Shown in pieces: positions 24,602-39,747 of a stretch of DNA of 64,000 nt. The stretch comes from Phyllosticta citribraziliensis (taxonomy: Eukaryota), in assembly GCF_038025025.1 (NCBI RefSeq), contig NW_027117341.1, forward strand, positions 1,178,001 to 1,242,000. The letters run 5' to 3'. Position 1 is the stretch's first letter, and each line of letters begins with the position of its first letter. The notes beneath the pieces were generated by a model that ran no database searches, was not told the origin of the DNA, and saw only the letters and a list, made by a program, of their open reading frames with translations. The translations under genes and the position numbers were made by a program.

Positions 24602-26360
24602 TCAATCATTGTGGCCAGTCGCCACGCCCCAGAAATACGCGATCCAGGAACCGAGCATCAGAGCCAGTACAAAGCCAAAGCACGACATGCTAATGATCTT
24701 GTTGCGATGCCCAGCCTCCCCATCTTCAAACTTGGCTTTCTGCTCCTTGATGACGTCGCCGCGGACCAGTCGCTGCTTCCTTGTCCACTGCAGACGGCGC
24801 AAATCGACGCTGAAGAACGAGGCGATGAAAATGGCCCACGCAACGATGAGGGAGCCTGCAGCGAGAATGACGTAGACTATGACGACGCGATCGTAGCTGT
24901 TGTTGTCGTGGTCTTGGATGACGCCGGTGATGATACGGATAATGATGTTCATGCTGTTGTTGACAGCAATTTTGACGCCGTAAGCTGAACCGAATACGTC
25001 TTGATACCACATTGAGGTGCGGATGCCGTCGATGATGACGGTGGGGCCCAGAGTGAATGCGACGGCATAGATGCCGAAGCTGGCTGCAGTGCCGCTGACG
25101 GACGGACCCCACGCGCAGAGTGTCATGCTAAGGAGCATCCCCGTGCCGCAGATGCAGATGACGGTGAGGCGGTTGCCGAAAACGTCGATGAAGATGCCGA
25201 GGATTGGCACGAGGAAGAATCCAAGGTACTGACTGATTGCCGAGTACCAACCGGCCTTAACGGCAGACACATTAAATCTCTGCTCGGCGAGCTCGGTCGA
25301 ATTTTGGCTGAAGATGGACGCGGTTGAGGTCTGGAATAGGGAGAAGGCAATAAAAACCCAAAAGCTCCATGGAAGTCGCAGCATCTTCTGGATTTCGAAT
25401 TTTTTGTTGTTGTCCGTAAGTTTTTCTCCTGTTGCTGGGTCCCGGCTATTGGAAAACACGCGTATACTCCACCTCTTGAACAGCAGGAACAACAGCGACA
25501 CAAAGATTGTGAACAAGTTGACGAACACGGCGACCCAGTACACCCAGGCAAAATTCCCCGTCTTGGTTGCAATGACATTCGCTGTGGCCTTGCCGACAAA
25601 TGAGCCGATCTTTCCAATACCCAACTCTAGACCAAGAGTTGAAGCGAATCCATGGGATGGAGCAAACCAGGCGCAAAAAACCTTGTACTGCGAAACTTGC
25701 GTAGCGATATCGCCAAAGGCTGCCACGATCGTGCCGCCGACCATGCACTGGTAGGACTTGATGGTTGCACCTGCGGCAACGATGATGGATCCAACGAAAT
25801 AGAGGGCGTTGCCCCACAACATGGAATCTGAAGCTTATGAGCTGGGGGATTTTGAAGGACGGGGTGACACTGACCGACGCCACCAAACCGATCCGTCAGC
25901 ACCCCGGTAGCCAGAATCAGCGATACTTTGATAAAGTCTTCGCTGGCCTCAAGTACGGCGAACTGGGAGTTGTTGATATGAAGCTCCTGTCCAAGATAGG
26001 GGCGTCAGCTTCGCTTCGACAGTAAATAAGCGCGGGTTGATAATCAGGGGTCAATCCAACCTTTTTGATGGTAGACTTCATTGCAGAATTGAGTGCAGAA
26101 CTCCAGTGCGCGGCGAATCCGATCAATGACACAAGCAAGACGGCAATCATCTGCACGCGACGAGGCGTTGTGTCTCGACGTCCACTGTCGCCGCGGCTAG
26201 TCGAAGATGCAGCGTCAACTTCATCGCCAACTCTGGATACGTTGACCAGTCCATCGGGCTTGGGATATGAGGACAGCTGCTGCGGCGACTCGGAGGAAAA
26301 GACGCGTTCTTTTTCCTCGTCACCTTCCGAGCGTGTGCTCTGAGCCGGGTGAGAGGTCAT
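24602..26360 (-). CDS. Major facilitator superfamily transporter (MFSD1-like), multi-exon
   Basis: Many hydrophobic helices. SAMKSTIKK N-terminal segment, motif-A-like LTDRFGG and GIFIDVFGNR, and AWFAPSHGFASTLGLELGIGKIGSF. Confidence 0.88.
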
Positions 26361-29329
26361 TCGTACGGCAACGATGTTGACAGACTGAGGGCAGGTGGGC
26401 GGCGGCAGTCAGAAGTCGTGGAAAATCCTTTGGCGACATGTTGAATTTTGTACTGAATCATGCCGAAGATCGCATCTGGAGAGCGGAGAAGAGCGCCGTC
26501 TGATCTGACGCGCATTTTTCTGTACGTGCGTAGGTGCCGAGCGATAGTTCCAAGACGGAATCAGCCGGGCAAGGCTGATTTACTGAAAAGATTCGACTTT
26601 TGGACGTGAAATCCGGCAGAGACGCCCGGCTTGTGATTGACGCCGGCTCGGACATACGAGGGCCTGGAAGCGTGAGGAGTGCGGAGAAGGAACTGGGTTG
26701 CCAGATGGGGTAGGATTCCAGGTGGCATGGGCCATGAGCCAGGACGAGGATGGCATTGTTTGTTGGCGAAAGTGAAGAAGCGAGTCGAGGTTTCCGGCAT
26801 CGGCTTGGTGTTTTGGTGGATGGACTTTATTTCCGGCCGATTTACGGCCCGGGCAAACACCAGCCACGGCCCGAGGGGGCTTCATCGCCGATACGTCTGT
26901 CTCCATCTCTTATCAACGTCGCCTCATCTATCAACAACATCGCCAGATTCAGTCGGAGTGAATACGAAGCAGCGAAGCGAACAAGCCATCTCCGTGCAGC
27001 TTCCAACTCTCATACGCTGAATCTCCAGCCTTTCCGCGCTTTATCGTTGGATCGTCCTCTGCAGCCAAGGCTGTCATTCTCGTCAAATTGGGTCCCGGAG
27101 CTGCCATCATGCGCGAAGTCGCAGAGCGTGACGTTGAAACATCGCTTGACGAACTTTCAGGAAGCGTGTCGACAAGAAAGACCCAAGAGCCGCTGCAAGG
27201 AATTGCATCATGACCTCTTCATCCAGTATCGGCCCCGACGACGGAGCGTGATTGGTTACCGACACCAAACAGCCTTCCCCGGTACCATCCATTGTCCCAA
27301 TTGCCACCCTAAAATGGAGGACTACTGCGGCACGTGTAGTGAGGCGAAAATGAAAGCAACAAGCGAAATTCTGCAAGAAGCACGCGAGACAATCTGCTGG
27401 AAATGGTGAATGCCATCTCCCCTGGCCTGAAACACGGTGCCAGACCACTGTCTGTGGATCTGCTTGATCTTCCTTTAGCGCCGGCGGCCTCACACTCGCC
27501 CTATGAACGGGGCGTTTCAACGACTCGAACGACTCTTGATGCGCTGGTTGGCTGAGAGCCTGTAATTCAGCACGCCATTCCCGAATTTCACGCTTTCAGG
27601 CCCTGAATCCACTCGTACATCTCCCGCGACCCTGAGACCACGCCCATGAAAACTGGATCTGCTGCCATGTACACAATTTTTCTTTTGGAAACTCCACGCT
27701 ATAAATCTCGGCAGGCCACAGAATCATTTGGCAGTATGCTCGAGCTTCGCCCAGTTCCCAGGTCCAGCATCACACTCGCTTCGAAATGTTGGCTTCTCCA
27801 CCTTGGTGTCGTCGCGATTTGGATGACCGCTCCCGCATTGTACTCTCTCTGGTTGTGCTCCTGAGCCATCTCGCGAACCAACTCTGTCAGATGGCGTGTG
27901 TAGATCTCGGCGGATGCACCTGTTCATAAGGGCTTGATTTTCTGACTTCAGAAAGACTGCAATTCTCAACCCCAGGCAAAGCTATTGGAGCACACCGGTC
28001 TATTCTTTCCTCTCGATCATCGGCGACATTTAATAGGCCCAGTCCGGTGCAAGGAATGGCTTGAGATCAGCCCATTCGCCCCCAAAGGTTGTGAGACTTG
28101 GAAACGCAGCAAATCGTGTCTTCTGCATCCCCAGAAAACCGCTCATGTGGAGGCTCCATACGCTGACCTAAAGGTCAATTGGCCGGAGCGACCGGGCTTC
28201 AGCACTTTGCCTCCCCACACTCGGCAAAGGAATTGTACGACGGGCTTGTGTCTAGACTTTCCATCCCGAGTTTGGAGCGAGGCGAAGGTTATCACGCCAT
28301 TCTCAATATACTAAACCATCAAGGGTGTCACTATTTCATTTTCTGCAAAATCTCGACTGCATGGTATCTTTCATCAATTCTTGGAATTTTGGATTTGAGG
28401 AACAGAAGTACCTGCAATGGACGATCGCAAAGATGCCAATACCTACCTCGGCTGCGCGGCATCCGGCTGTCAGAGTGCAACTCGACGGACGGACTTTGCC
28501 TTGAGAGAGCACCATAAAGCGGGCAACTGTTGCCTTGTCGTATAGTTGTACGCCTGGAGTCGACCGGTGGCGTGCTCTGCGGCGGCTGTGCGGCCTCAGC
28601 GATCACGACTTGCCAGTGGAACGTCGGCATTGAAATTGCAATTGAGGACCTGACGACAGAGTTGACTTGGGCACATCATCTCCAAGGAGGATTGGTGTTC
28701 CGCTGCGATTCATTGACGACCAGAATTTTCATCGAGGTTTGGCACTCCTATTGACGTTGTTTACTGAAACAACAGGCGTTGAGGCGCGCGCCTCGAGACC
28801 GGTAAGCCGACATGTAAGCTGCATGCACGGCAGATGCGTTGGACAGTATTGACTGGATGCGCAAATTACACAAAGTCGGTGTGAACGTGCAGCAGCAACA
28901 GCCTCGAGACGCGTCTCCCCTGGAAACCCGAACGCGAGCCCGGCAGCTATGCATATAGTGCAGATCGGAGATATGCTTGCCGGCCAAAGTTGACGACGAC
29001 GGATCAGCAAGCCACCACTTCAATCGACAGTAGGCGCTGTCAGCCGGCGCAGCTCGTGCCCAGGACTCTCGAGCACCGGGAGCACGGATCAGCAAAAGCA
29101 GCCACCAGAGTGTGGGAGCACGCGGCGGGGATGCACCAATCACGACCATTTCTTGAGGACATTGAAAATTTGCTGCACCTTTTCATATTATATCAACCGA
29201 GAGACAAGCAATGACTAAGAACATAAACCAGCCAGTCAAATTATCCATGTTGCTTCTGCTCCCCATTCCCACTCATCCCCCGCTGTCCGACCCCAGCATG
29301 TTGGTGGATCCGAAATCCGGAGATTGGAT

Positions 29330-29785
29330 CTAGTATAGGCCAATGGCAATGTCACCGCGGACGCGGGCGGTCAAGTGGATCTCGGCATCGAGGTCGAGCT
29401 TGATTCCGAGGAGAAGGGCGGGGTCCTTCTGCTTGCCCTCGGCGTCGGTAGCGCCCTTGAGGAGCGTGCCTGTAGGTGGATTGGTCAGAGAGTGTTTTTT
29501 CACAAAAGAGAAGGCTTCAATATCAGGGAGATGTTCTGGGTCGATGAAGATGAAGGTGAAGGGTTCTGCCGTACCAGCGGGCTTGGTCAAGTGAGGCAGA
29601 GGCTCCTCAGAGGCGGGACCGACGTGGGGCGCAAGGGCCTTGGTGCGGCGGCCACCGCGAGCCTGGACATCAGAGTCGGACTCGGAGGTGTAGTTCCTGT
29701 TGAGGGGCTCGGTGGTGCTAACTGTGGGTCAGCAGAGGGAGACGGCCGAGGAGAGGAAGAGTCCGTACGCAGTAGGGGCGGACAT
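29330..29785 (-). CDS. Small hypothetical protein ending in an LDLDAEIHLTARVRGDIAIGLY beta-motif (as in fungal LEA-like proteins)
   Basis: MSAPTA|TTEPLNRNYTSESDSDVQARGGRRTKALAP..; introns at about 29718-29768 and probably 29470-29574 (GTACGG..CTGAC..AG). The C-terminus resembles the recurrent fungal LDLNLxVExxLxAxIHGDLTLxLL tail (from memory). Confidence 0.7.
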
Positions 29786-30562
29786 GTTGAAAGTGGGATT
29801 GGATGAAGCTGAGAAGCTTTGCTGGTTGTTTGTTGGTCTGGTTGGAATGAGATGTCTGGCTTGCTCTGGAGACTCAGACGAGGCCAACCGCCCTCCCTTT
29901 ATACAAGTTTGGACGGCATCGTGGTCAATTGGACTTGGATCGTGCTCGACTCGAGTCGGGCCCAGCCACGGAATTCGGACGCCGTCGACAGCATCGCGTG
30001 CCGGTGAATCTCAGCCAAATGCCGCCACGTAGACGTACATGATGGAGGACCGAGGACGACTGCGGGGTCGGGGACGATCTCGACCTTGGCGCGACGGTGA
30101 CATTGTAAGGATAGATTGCAAATATTTGCCAAGCTGATCTGAGCATCAGGAGATGGGCGAGGCCCGTGGCCGTGGTGTTGGAAAAGGAACTCGGGGAAGC
30201 GAGCGGTGATTGGCCTCGCGGACCGTCCCGTCTCCCGCCGCGCAGCACACAAGCGCGGGCCTTGCAGAAGACATGCACAACCTTGCTCACAGCTGTCAGA
30301 CCACTCCTGGGATTCACCACGCGAAGGATTTTCGTTGCGTGCAGCTGCCTCGCCTAGATTCGACGCCCTAGCAAAATATCAGACCACGGCCAAGCCATGC
30401 TCCACTCTGCTGGTGCACCCATCCTGGCCCTGCGCCTGGCTCATCTACACTGCTGCATGACCACGCCATCCGCTCGACCGACATGTACTCGTCCGCACGG
30501 TGAGTTATTTTTGACCGTTCCATCTTCAACTACCCAACCTGCTCCCTCTGCCCGGCGTTCTC

Positions 30563-33144
30563 ATGGTTGTGTCTATGCTTTTGGCCCTCAGCACTTGTCC
30601 AGCAATGCTAGGCAGTCAAGAGGCAATCCGCCAGGGCCAACAGAAGGAGAGACGCGAGGAGCATCGTGCTCGCCGCTGCCACTTGGTCGTCGGCTGCCTC
30701 ACGCTGTCGAGAAGAGGGCGTGCCATTGATGGTCGACAGATTGTGCTCAAGGACAATCGGGTTGGTACATTCTTTCAAAGTGAGGAATGATTGCTGATCA
30801 CTTGAAGCTTTGGATCGATACCGGCAGTCATGTCACCGAGGGACACCACCCCTTTACTGGCTATTATCTCCCCTTTCCCGATTGCAAGTACGAAGGCGTC
30901 GTCAGCACAATCACTTCAGTCGCTCCGATTCTGAATTGGATCTACATCGACAAAAGCACCTACCAAGTCAAATATGGCGTGCGAATCGACGCAGAGCCGA
31001 ACTTGACTGGGCCTTTTGACTGCACGCGACAAGACAGGCGCCTTACCTTTGAAGGGTGGGAGGGCTTTTGCGCGGTTGAAGAAGAGCCAGATCTCTGGGC
31101 TCTGTACTTTGACCGTGACGACAATGGCCTTGAAGGCAAAAAACCACCCCATGCAAGGGCGTTGGAGATTACCTTGTCGAGGAAGGAGATGAAGATCACG
31201 ACAGAAGAGCTTCGAAGACAGCAAGAACTCCAGTCGAACATCAAAATCGTCAACAGAGCGAACCAGCAGCCAGATGCTCCAGCTCCCCCCGAAGACCCCA
31301 AGGCGCAGCAAGAACAAGTGGAAGAAAACCTCAAAGCACCTCAAGCTTCCGCAGGAGCAGCAATCCCAGAGTCTATTCCTGAAGAGACCGAACCCGTTCT
31401 TGTCTCGTCATCATCAGACAATGCCAATCACGTGCCCAGTTCCCCAACTGAGGCATGGGGCAGCGGGTCCATATGGTCCCAGCAAACAGAGTCACGCGCC
31501 GAACCCACACTCCCGTTCACTCCTGCTAGCTCTGTCTACGCAGACGACCGTGCCAGCGAGAACGAAGGCAGGGCTCTTGAGCAAGAGACTCCCAGGGCTG
31601 GTAAGAAGTACAAGTCACCGTATATTGAAGATGCGGATGATGGAAAGGCTGAGGACGCCACTGTGGGTTTTAGTGCTCCAGCAATTGATCTCGAAAAGAA
31701 GTTCGAGGAGCACGCGAGCACGCATGAGCTGGGCCCACCGCCACCCCCGACTCAGAAAACTGAGGATGAGCCAAAGCCAACAATCAATATCGAGAAGTTC
31801 GAAGAGCGCGTGAGCACCGATGAAACTCCTCTGACACAGGAAACCGATGAAGCGAAGTCAGCCTCAGACAATTCGCAAGAGCGCCCAACCAATATCGACA
31901 GGGCTGCAGCGTCCGCCACGTTCGAGGCGGACATTGAGGGACGAGAAATTGCACCTCCAGAACAGGTCGAGGAGGTTCATCCTGAGCAACATGTGCCACC
32001 GGATGAATCGCCAGCGTCAGCTTCGGCAGAGAATGAGAAGCTCGCCGGGTCAGCGGAGCCGACAATGGACGAGGAACCGCGTCGCGACGTCCCAATGGCC
32101 AGCGTCGAGGCACCCGACGAAAAAGAAATTGGCTCAGTGGAACCACTGACGCCAACCCTCAAAACTGCCCAAGGCGACTTGAGCTCCGTGTCCGAAAAGC
32201 CACTCAGCCCATCACGGCCTGCTGCGGCCCCCACGACAGCAGACCCATCAGCCGCAGCCTTGGGACCAGCTCCAGGCGACGGCCAGCAAGACGCTGCCGC
32301 CGCCGCCACCACCGACGACATGCTCGCCTACCTGCGCCTGCTCCGCCTGCAAGACGCGCCAAACCCAAGCCCCTGGACTGCGTCCGAAGGGCCCCACCGC
32401 CCGCTTCCAAGCCCTTATGCCCCACTGCACCTCCAACAACAGCAACAGCACCAACAGGACCAGCGCGTGCCGCCAGAGTACGCCGCCGACTACGACGAGT
32501 GGTCCCAGACAGCGCCGACGCACCTGCTCAGCCCCAGCCCGACCGCCTCGCCGACGGGCTCCAAGGCGCCGACGACGCGCAGCGTGTCGCTCGCCAGCAC
32601 CGCGCCGCCGCGCTCCAGCGGGCCGTCGACCACGGCGTCGCGGTCCAGCTCGTTGACTATTTCGGCGCCTGCGCGGACGCGTTCGGTACAAGAAGATGAG
32701 AATGAAAATGAGGGCGGCGAAGCTACGACAGACTCGGTGCCGATTCCAGCCGTAGGTAATGCTAGGCCACTTCCCCCTCCTCCTCCTCCTCCGCCCCAAA
32801 CATCATCATCATCATCCGCACCTCCTCCTTCTCTTGCTCCTCCACCTCCACCACAACCTCTCTCTCTCCCCGACCCCGTTGCGTGGGATCACAACACCAC
32901 CGCAACGCTAGACTTCCTCTCGCAACCCTACTCGCTGGCCCAACAACAGCAACAACAATCAGTGACTGATCCCGCTCCAACGCAGAGGAATGAACCGACG
33001 GCATCACCGGCGGCCGTCGAAGAAGAGGGCAACGAGGAGGGTGATGGTGATGCCGACGCAGATGCAAAGGGCAAGAAGCGCTGGAGTGCGCTGCGCACGC
33101 GCATGAAGTCGTTGCGGAAGAAGTCGAGTCGTAAGATGAGATGA
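30563..33144 (+). CDS. Hypothetical protein: conserved-looking fungal N-terminal domain plus long acidic/Pro-rich disordered tail
   Basis: Exon 1 30563-30760 MVVSMLLALSTCPAMLGSQEAIRQGQQKERREEHRARRCHL. Intron 30761-30807. Exon 2 in frame LWIDTG..HPFTGYYLPFPD..PILNWIYIDK..GPFDCT..RLTFEGWEGFCAVEE..WALYFDRDDNGL. Confidence 0.8.
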
Positions 33145-34087
33145 TGATGAACTGGGGTTTCGCTGTTCGGGTCTGGAAAATTCGTGTTGAGGGCCGCCGC
33201 TGATGGGATGGCTCTCGCTGTACATGTATGGATTTTGACACATGTCTGATGTCTGTCTGATTGTCTGTTGTCTTCGCTTCTGCTGTTTCTGACGTTCTTT
33301 GTTTGTTCGTTGGTGCGGAATACGGAAGGTAGACACGGTATAGGATGGTATGGATCGGGAACTGGACTGGACAGTGGACAGGGGAAACAACGGAAGGAAA
33401 AGCAATCAACACATTCGTTTCTTCATTCAGTTTTTCTGTCAGTCAGCCACTCCACACTCCGTGTCCTCTTCCTATCCCTAAACTCTTTCTTTTGCAGCAC
33501 AGCCACCCACCACCACCATGGCCATCGCCAGGAGCTCGTGCCTGCATTGTTCCTCCAAGCCACTTGGCAGCCTCGAGCCAGTCAGCCACCACAAGTCGTC
33601 CAAGAGTGGCGCAGAAGCAGAAACAAATAACGACGGCCTGCGGCGTGGTGTGTCGTGCCGTGTGTCTCGCCTTGCCTTGCGCCAAACAACAAAACCAAAC
33701 AAACCAAGTGGAACGTAAGAAGTGCCGCGCCAAACGACCTGAATGCCGCGCCACACCCACCAACCCCTAGTCTGTCCATCCGTCCGGCTTGCATGAACAG
33801 CGCAGCCAGGCAGCCAGGCAGCCAGCCAGACAGAAGGAAAAGAAAGTGGGCGTTCAGTGGAGACGCAGGTGCCCGGGAGATCATACCACCACACTAAATA
33901 CGCGCCTCGTTTTACATGCCAATCCTGCGTTATAGTCGTTTTTGTCAAGCAAAATGATGTACCTCGTTCGTCAGTCTGTGAATACCATCAGTGCGTCCCT
34001 CGTGTCCAGGAGAAAGAGAGAAACGGAAGTCAAGCAGAGGAGCACATACTGTGTGGGTGGGGTAAGCCGAGGATAAGCGAGCTGTCC

Positions 34088-34109
34088 AGCTAGCTAGCTA
34101 GCTAGCTAG
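34088..34109. repeat. (AGCT)n palindromic microsatellite
   Basis: agctagctagctagctagctag. Confidence 0.85.
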
Positions 34110-34489
34110 TGAAAGCAAGAACAGCGCAGAGGAAAAAAGCAAAAACAGTGCAAAGGAGAAAAAGAAAATATACACATGCAGCGTACCTTGTACCTTGTTT
34201 CTCTGACTAATGGATTACAGGGGTAGTACTGCGGAGAGGGGGTGGGTGAGAAGTGAGTGGTGAGAGAGGGGGTGGAGGCTGGAGGGGGATGGGGCGGACA
34301 GAATCATAGGATGGAGGAGTACTATATTATAGGAGGAATGGTGGGATGTAGATGCCGTGTCCGGCTCTCTTGAGTACTAGATTGATAGACGGAGGGGGGA
34401 TAGATGGAGGGAAGAGGCGAGAAATCAATCGCACACGGCCAATGGAATCTGATATTGTGCACTCATCACGCGCCCGGTACCAACCCGCC

Positions 34490-36495
<2,006 letters not shown>

Positions 36496-37283
36496 TCAAG
36501 AGCAGTGTGTGTGAGGCGAGAGAGACGGCGAGTGAGGAGGCCGCGCGTGGTGCTATATAGGAGGGGTAGCTGGCTGGGAGCTGCGAAGCCGGGGCAGAGC
36601 AACGAGGGGCATGATTGGCGATGGGGATTACGACGAGTGCCCCCACCAAGGTGTATCAAGTAGAAGGGATGGGCAGGCGGTGAGGGGACTATCAGTCGAC
36701 GCGTAGTGGTGGTGCCGTGGTTGTGTGTGGTGGTCACGGGAGCTGCACGCCTTGGAGAGGACCACGGAAAAGCGGAGGAGCTGGAGAAGGTGGTGATGAA
36801 AGAAGACAAAGAGGTACGAGGAGGGTGACGCGGACGCGAGGCGCGAGAGGCGGCAGTTTTATCAGTTGAGCGAGCATCATGGCATGGGAGAGGTTGATGG
36901 CGTGCTGTTTGGGAGTGGGTCGGGAGCGGGAGGGCTTGCGGGCCGTGCGACTAGTCGAACGCGGGGTAGCGCTAACCACAAGCGGCTGAGCCCTGGAAGC
37001 ACGCAACATGGAGTGCCCATCACAACATGGCCGGGCTGACGTTGTTCTCTTTGCTGCTCAGCTCACTTTGGTTCCGCTTCGGGCCCTCAGGCTCGGCCTT
37101 GCCGCCATGTTTTGTTGTTTCGCCGCTGTACCCTGCCGCGTGAACGGAACCCCCCTCGCCCTATCTCTGCCTTGTTGATGCATTCCTCGCTCCTTATTTA
37201 TTCCCTTGGCCGACTTTTTTTTCCGTTCCTCTCGTCTCTTGCTGTCTAAGCGTTGCCATCCGCCGTCTTGTGTTTTGCCCATC

Positions 37284-39106
37284 ATGACTACCCTTGGGGA
37301 TCTTCGGGCATACTGGCTCGGCGCCGTTGTGTGCATGGGAGGCTTTTTATTTGGCTATGACAGCGGCATTATGTGAGTCTGGGCGCCCGTATTGCGCTAC
37401 CGTATCGTCGGACTGACAGCTGGAACAACCTAGCGGCGGAGTCATGACCTTTTCCACGTTTGAAGCCGACTTCGACTTCACCAAGAAACAAAAGACGCGC
37501 ATCTCATCGTTATGCGTCTCGCTGCAACAGTTGGGCGCCTTTGTAGCCTGCTTCTTCGTCATCCCCTTGACGGCAAAATACGGCCGCAAAAAGGCCATTT
37601 TGCTGTCGTCCCTGACCTTTTGCATCGGCGCTATGCTCCAAACAATCCCATCCCGCAGTCTGCCATGCTTCTACGTCGGCAGGGTCGTGGCCGGCCTGGG
37701 ACTGGGCACCATGACGTACGTCGTGCCCATGTACAACGCCGAAATGGCGCCCACGCACCTGCGCGCGCGGCTGGGCAGCTTCTTCCAGCTCTTCTACACG
37801 CTGGGCATCTTCACCTCGTACTGGATCGACTACGGGGTGCAGCAAAACCTGGCCGACAGCGGCTCCATGCAGTGGCAGATTCCCGTCGGCCTGCAGATAT
37901 TGTTTGCGGGCCTGCTCGGCCTGGGCGTGCTGTCGCTCCGCGAGAGCACCCGGTGGCTTGCCAATGCCGATCGCTACGACGAAGCTTGGGAAAGCTTGGT
38001 ATACATGCGTGCCGACTCGTCGGATAAGACGGCCCTGGAGATGGCCGAGATTCGCGAGTCGATCCAATACGAGCGGCAGGCCCGGGCCGGCTTGACCATC
38101 TCAGGTACGTGATTGCGCCATCAGAGCTTGTTGGCAGGAGTCGTCGCGGACCCTTTTTTCCTGGGAGTTGGAGTTTGGATGCTCCCCGTCGCCATCTCGA
38201 GCGACGTGACACTTCCACGTACTCTTTCATCTGCGTATCCACGTCTCGACAACAAGACCCCCTACTGCCCCAGCCACACATGGCCCCACATCCCACACAT
38301 CACTTCGCACCCGCTGACCCTTCCCCACAGAATTCCTCTCCTGGCCCATCCTCAAGCGCATCATCGGCGGCTTCACCGTCTTTCTGGCCCAACAAGCCAC
38401 CGGCGCCACCGCGACCGCCTACTATGCCCCACAATACTTCTCCCTCCTGACCAACGGCTCCGAGCACAAATCGCTCCTCCTCTCCGGAATCTTCGGCGCC
38501 GTCAAAGTCTTCGCCTGCGGCCTGTTCGTCTGGCTGGCCGCCGACCGCTGGAGCCGCAAAAGCAACCTGACCATCGGCGCGCTGGGCATGGCCGCGTGCC
38601 TCATCGTCGTGGCGGCGGTGCTCAAAACGCGGCCGGCGCCGTCCGACGGCAGCATCCCCGGCAGCAGCAAAGCCATGGTCGCGCTGCTGTACCTGTTCGT
38701 CATGGTGTACAACTTCAGCTGGGGCCCGCTGCCGTGGCCGTACGTCAACGAGCTGTACGCGACGCGCCACCGCGAGGTCGGCGTCGCCATTGCCGTCGCG
38801 TCGCAGTGGCTGTGGAACTTTGTCTTCACCGTCAGCACCCCCTACATGATTGATAGTATGGGCTGGGGCACCTTCCTCCTTTGGGGATTGTTCGATGTCG
38901 TTATTGCGGCTGGTACGTTTGTTTTTGCGACCGAGACCAAGGGCTTGACGCTTGAGGAGGCGGCGCATCCCGAGCTTTTTGCGGATAATGCGGCGGCGGC
39001 GGCGCGGAAGTTGGAGCACGAGCGCGCGCCGAGCAGTGATGGCGTGGGGAATGGGAAGAGCGTTGATGCAGTCGAGGAGCGCGATGTCGGTGCGAGGGTG
39101 TCGTGA
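37284..39106 (+). CDS. Sugar porter family MFS transporter (quinate-permease-like), multi-exon
   Basis: GGFLFGYDSG, KYGRK, VPMYNAEMAPTHLRARLG, RESTRWL, QQATG, ADRWSRK, SWGPLPWPYVNE, ETKGLTLEE. Confidence 0.93.
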
Positions 39107-39747
39107 GTGAGAGGGCTTTGTTGGCGGGGAGAAAGGGGGAGGACTTGGAAAGTGGACGTGAGAGCGGTTTGGAGCATGGGGAATAGAGAGGGATGGCGGC
39201 GAGCCTAGACCCACGTAGTGACAAGATACCAACCACACATACCCACCTTAATCAAGTATCAAGGCTCAAGTGCCACGTCTCCCATGAAGTTTCCCATGAA
39301 CAGGCACCGAAACGTCGAACCAGCATCACCAGCGGACTGATGCACAATTAGTCAAAATCGTGAGCAAGTAGAATATAAAGCGTCCATTGAAAATACACGC
39401 CCGAATGGAATGGAGAGAAGGTGAAAGAATAAGAAGACCTGAAGAAGTCAGGAATAAAGACGACACAATCATTACAAGGGAATACAACCAAGTCAAACAG
39501 TGCATATCCTCTTTGCTTGTCTGCGCCGTGCGTGCTGCGCCGCTCGCTCGTGTATTGGTAAGAAAAGTAGGGAAAAAGGCAAGGAAAAAGGACGACAGGA
39601 AAAGCGCGTCTGTGTATGCGGTGCGTGGGGTAGGGGGTATCAAACCGAAGAAAGCGTCAAAAGAAACCCTTCAACATGTCGCGGCGTTTTTCTCGTTACG
39701 ATAGTACCCCTCTCTTTGCCTTCAACTCTGCTGCCGCTCACCTCCTC

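Noticed and set aside
26750..27409. Cys-containing ORF (..IHCPNCHPKMEDYCGTC..)
   Set aside because: Might be a small zinc-binding gene or a relic, but I could not build a convincing start or splice model.
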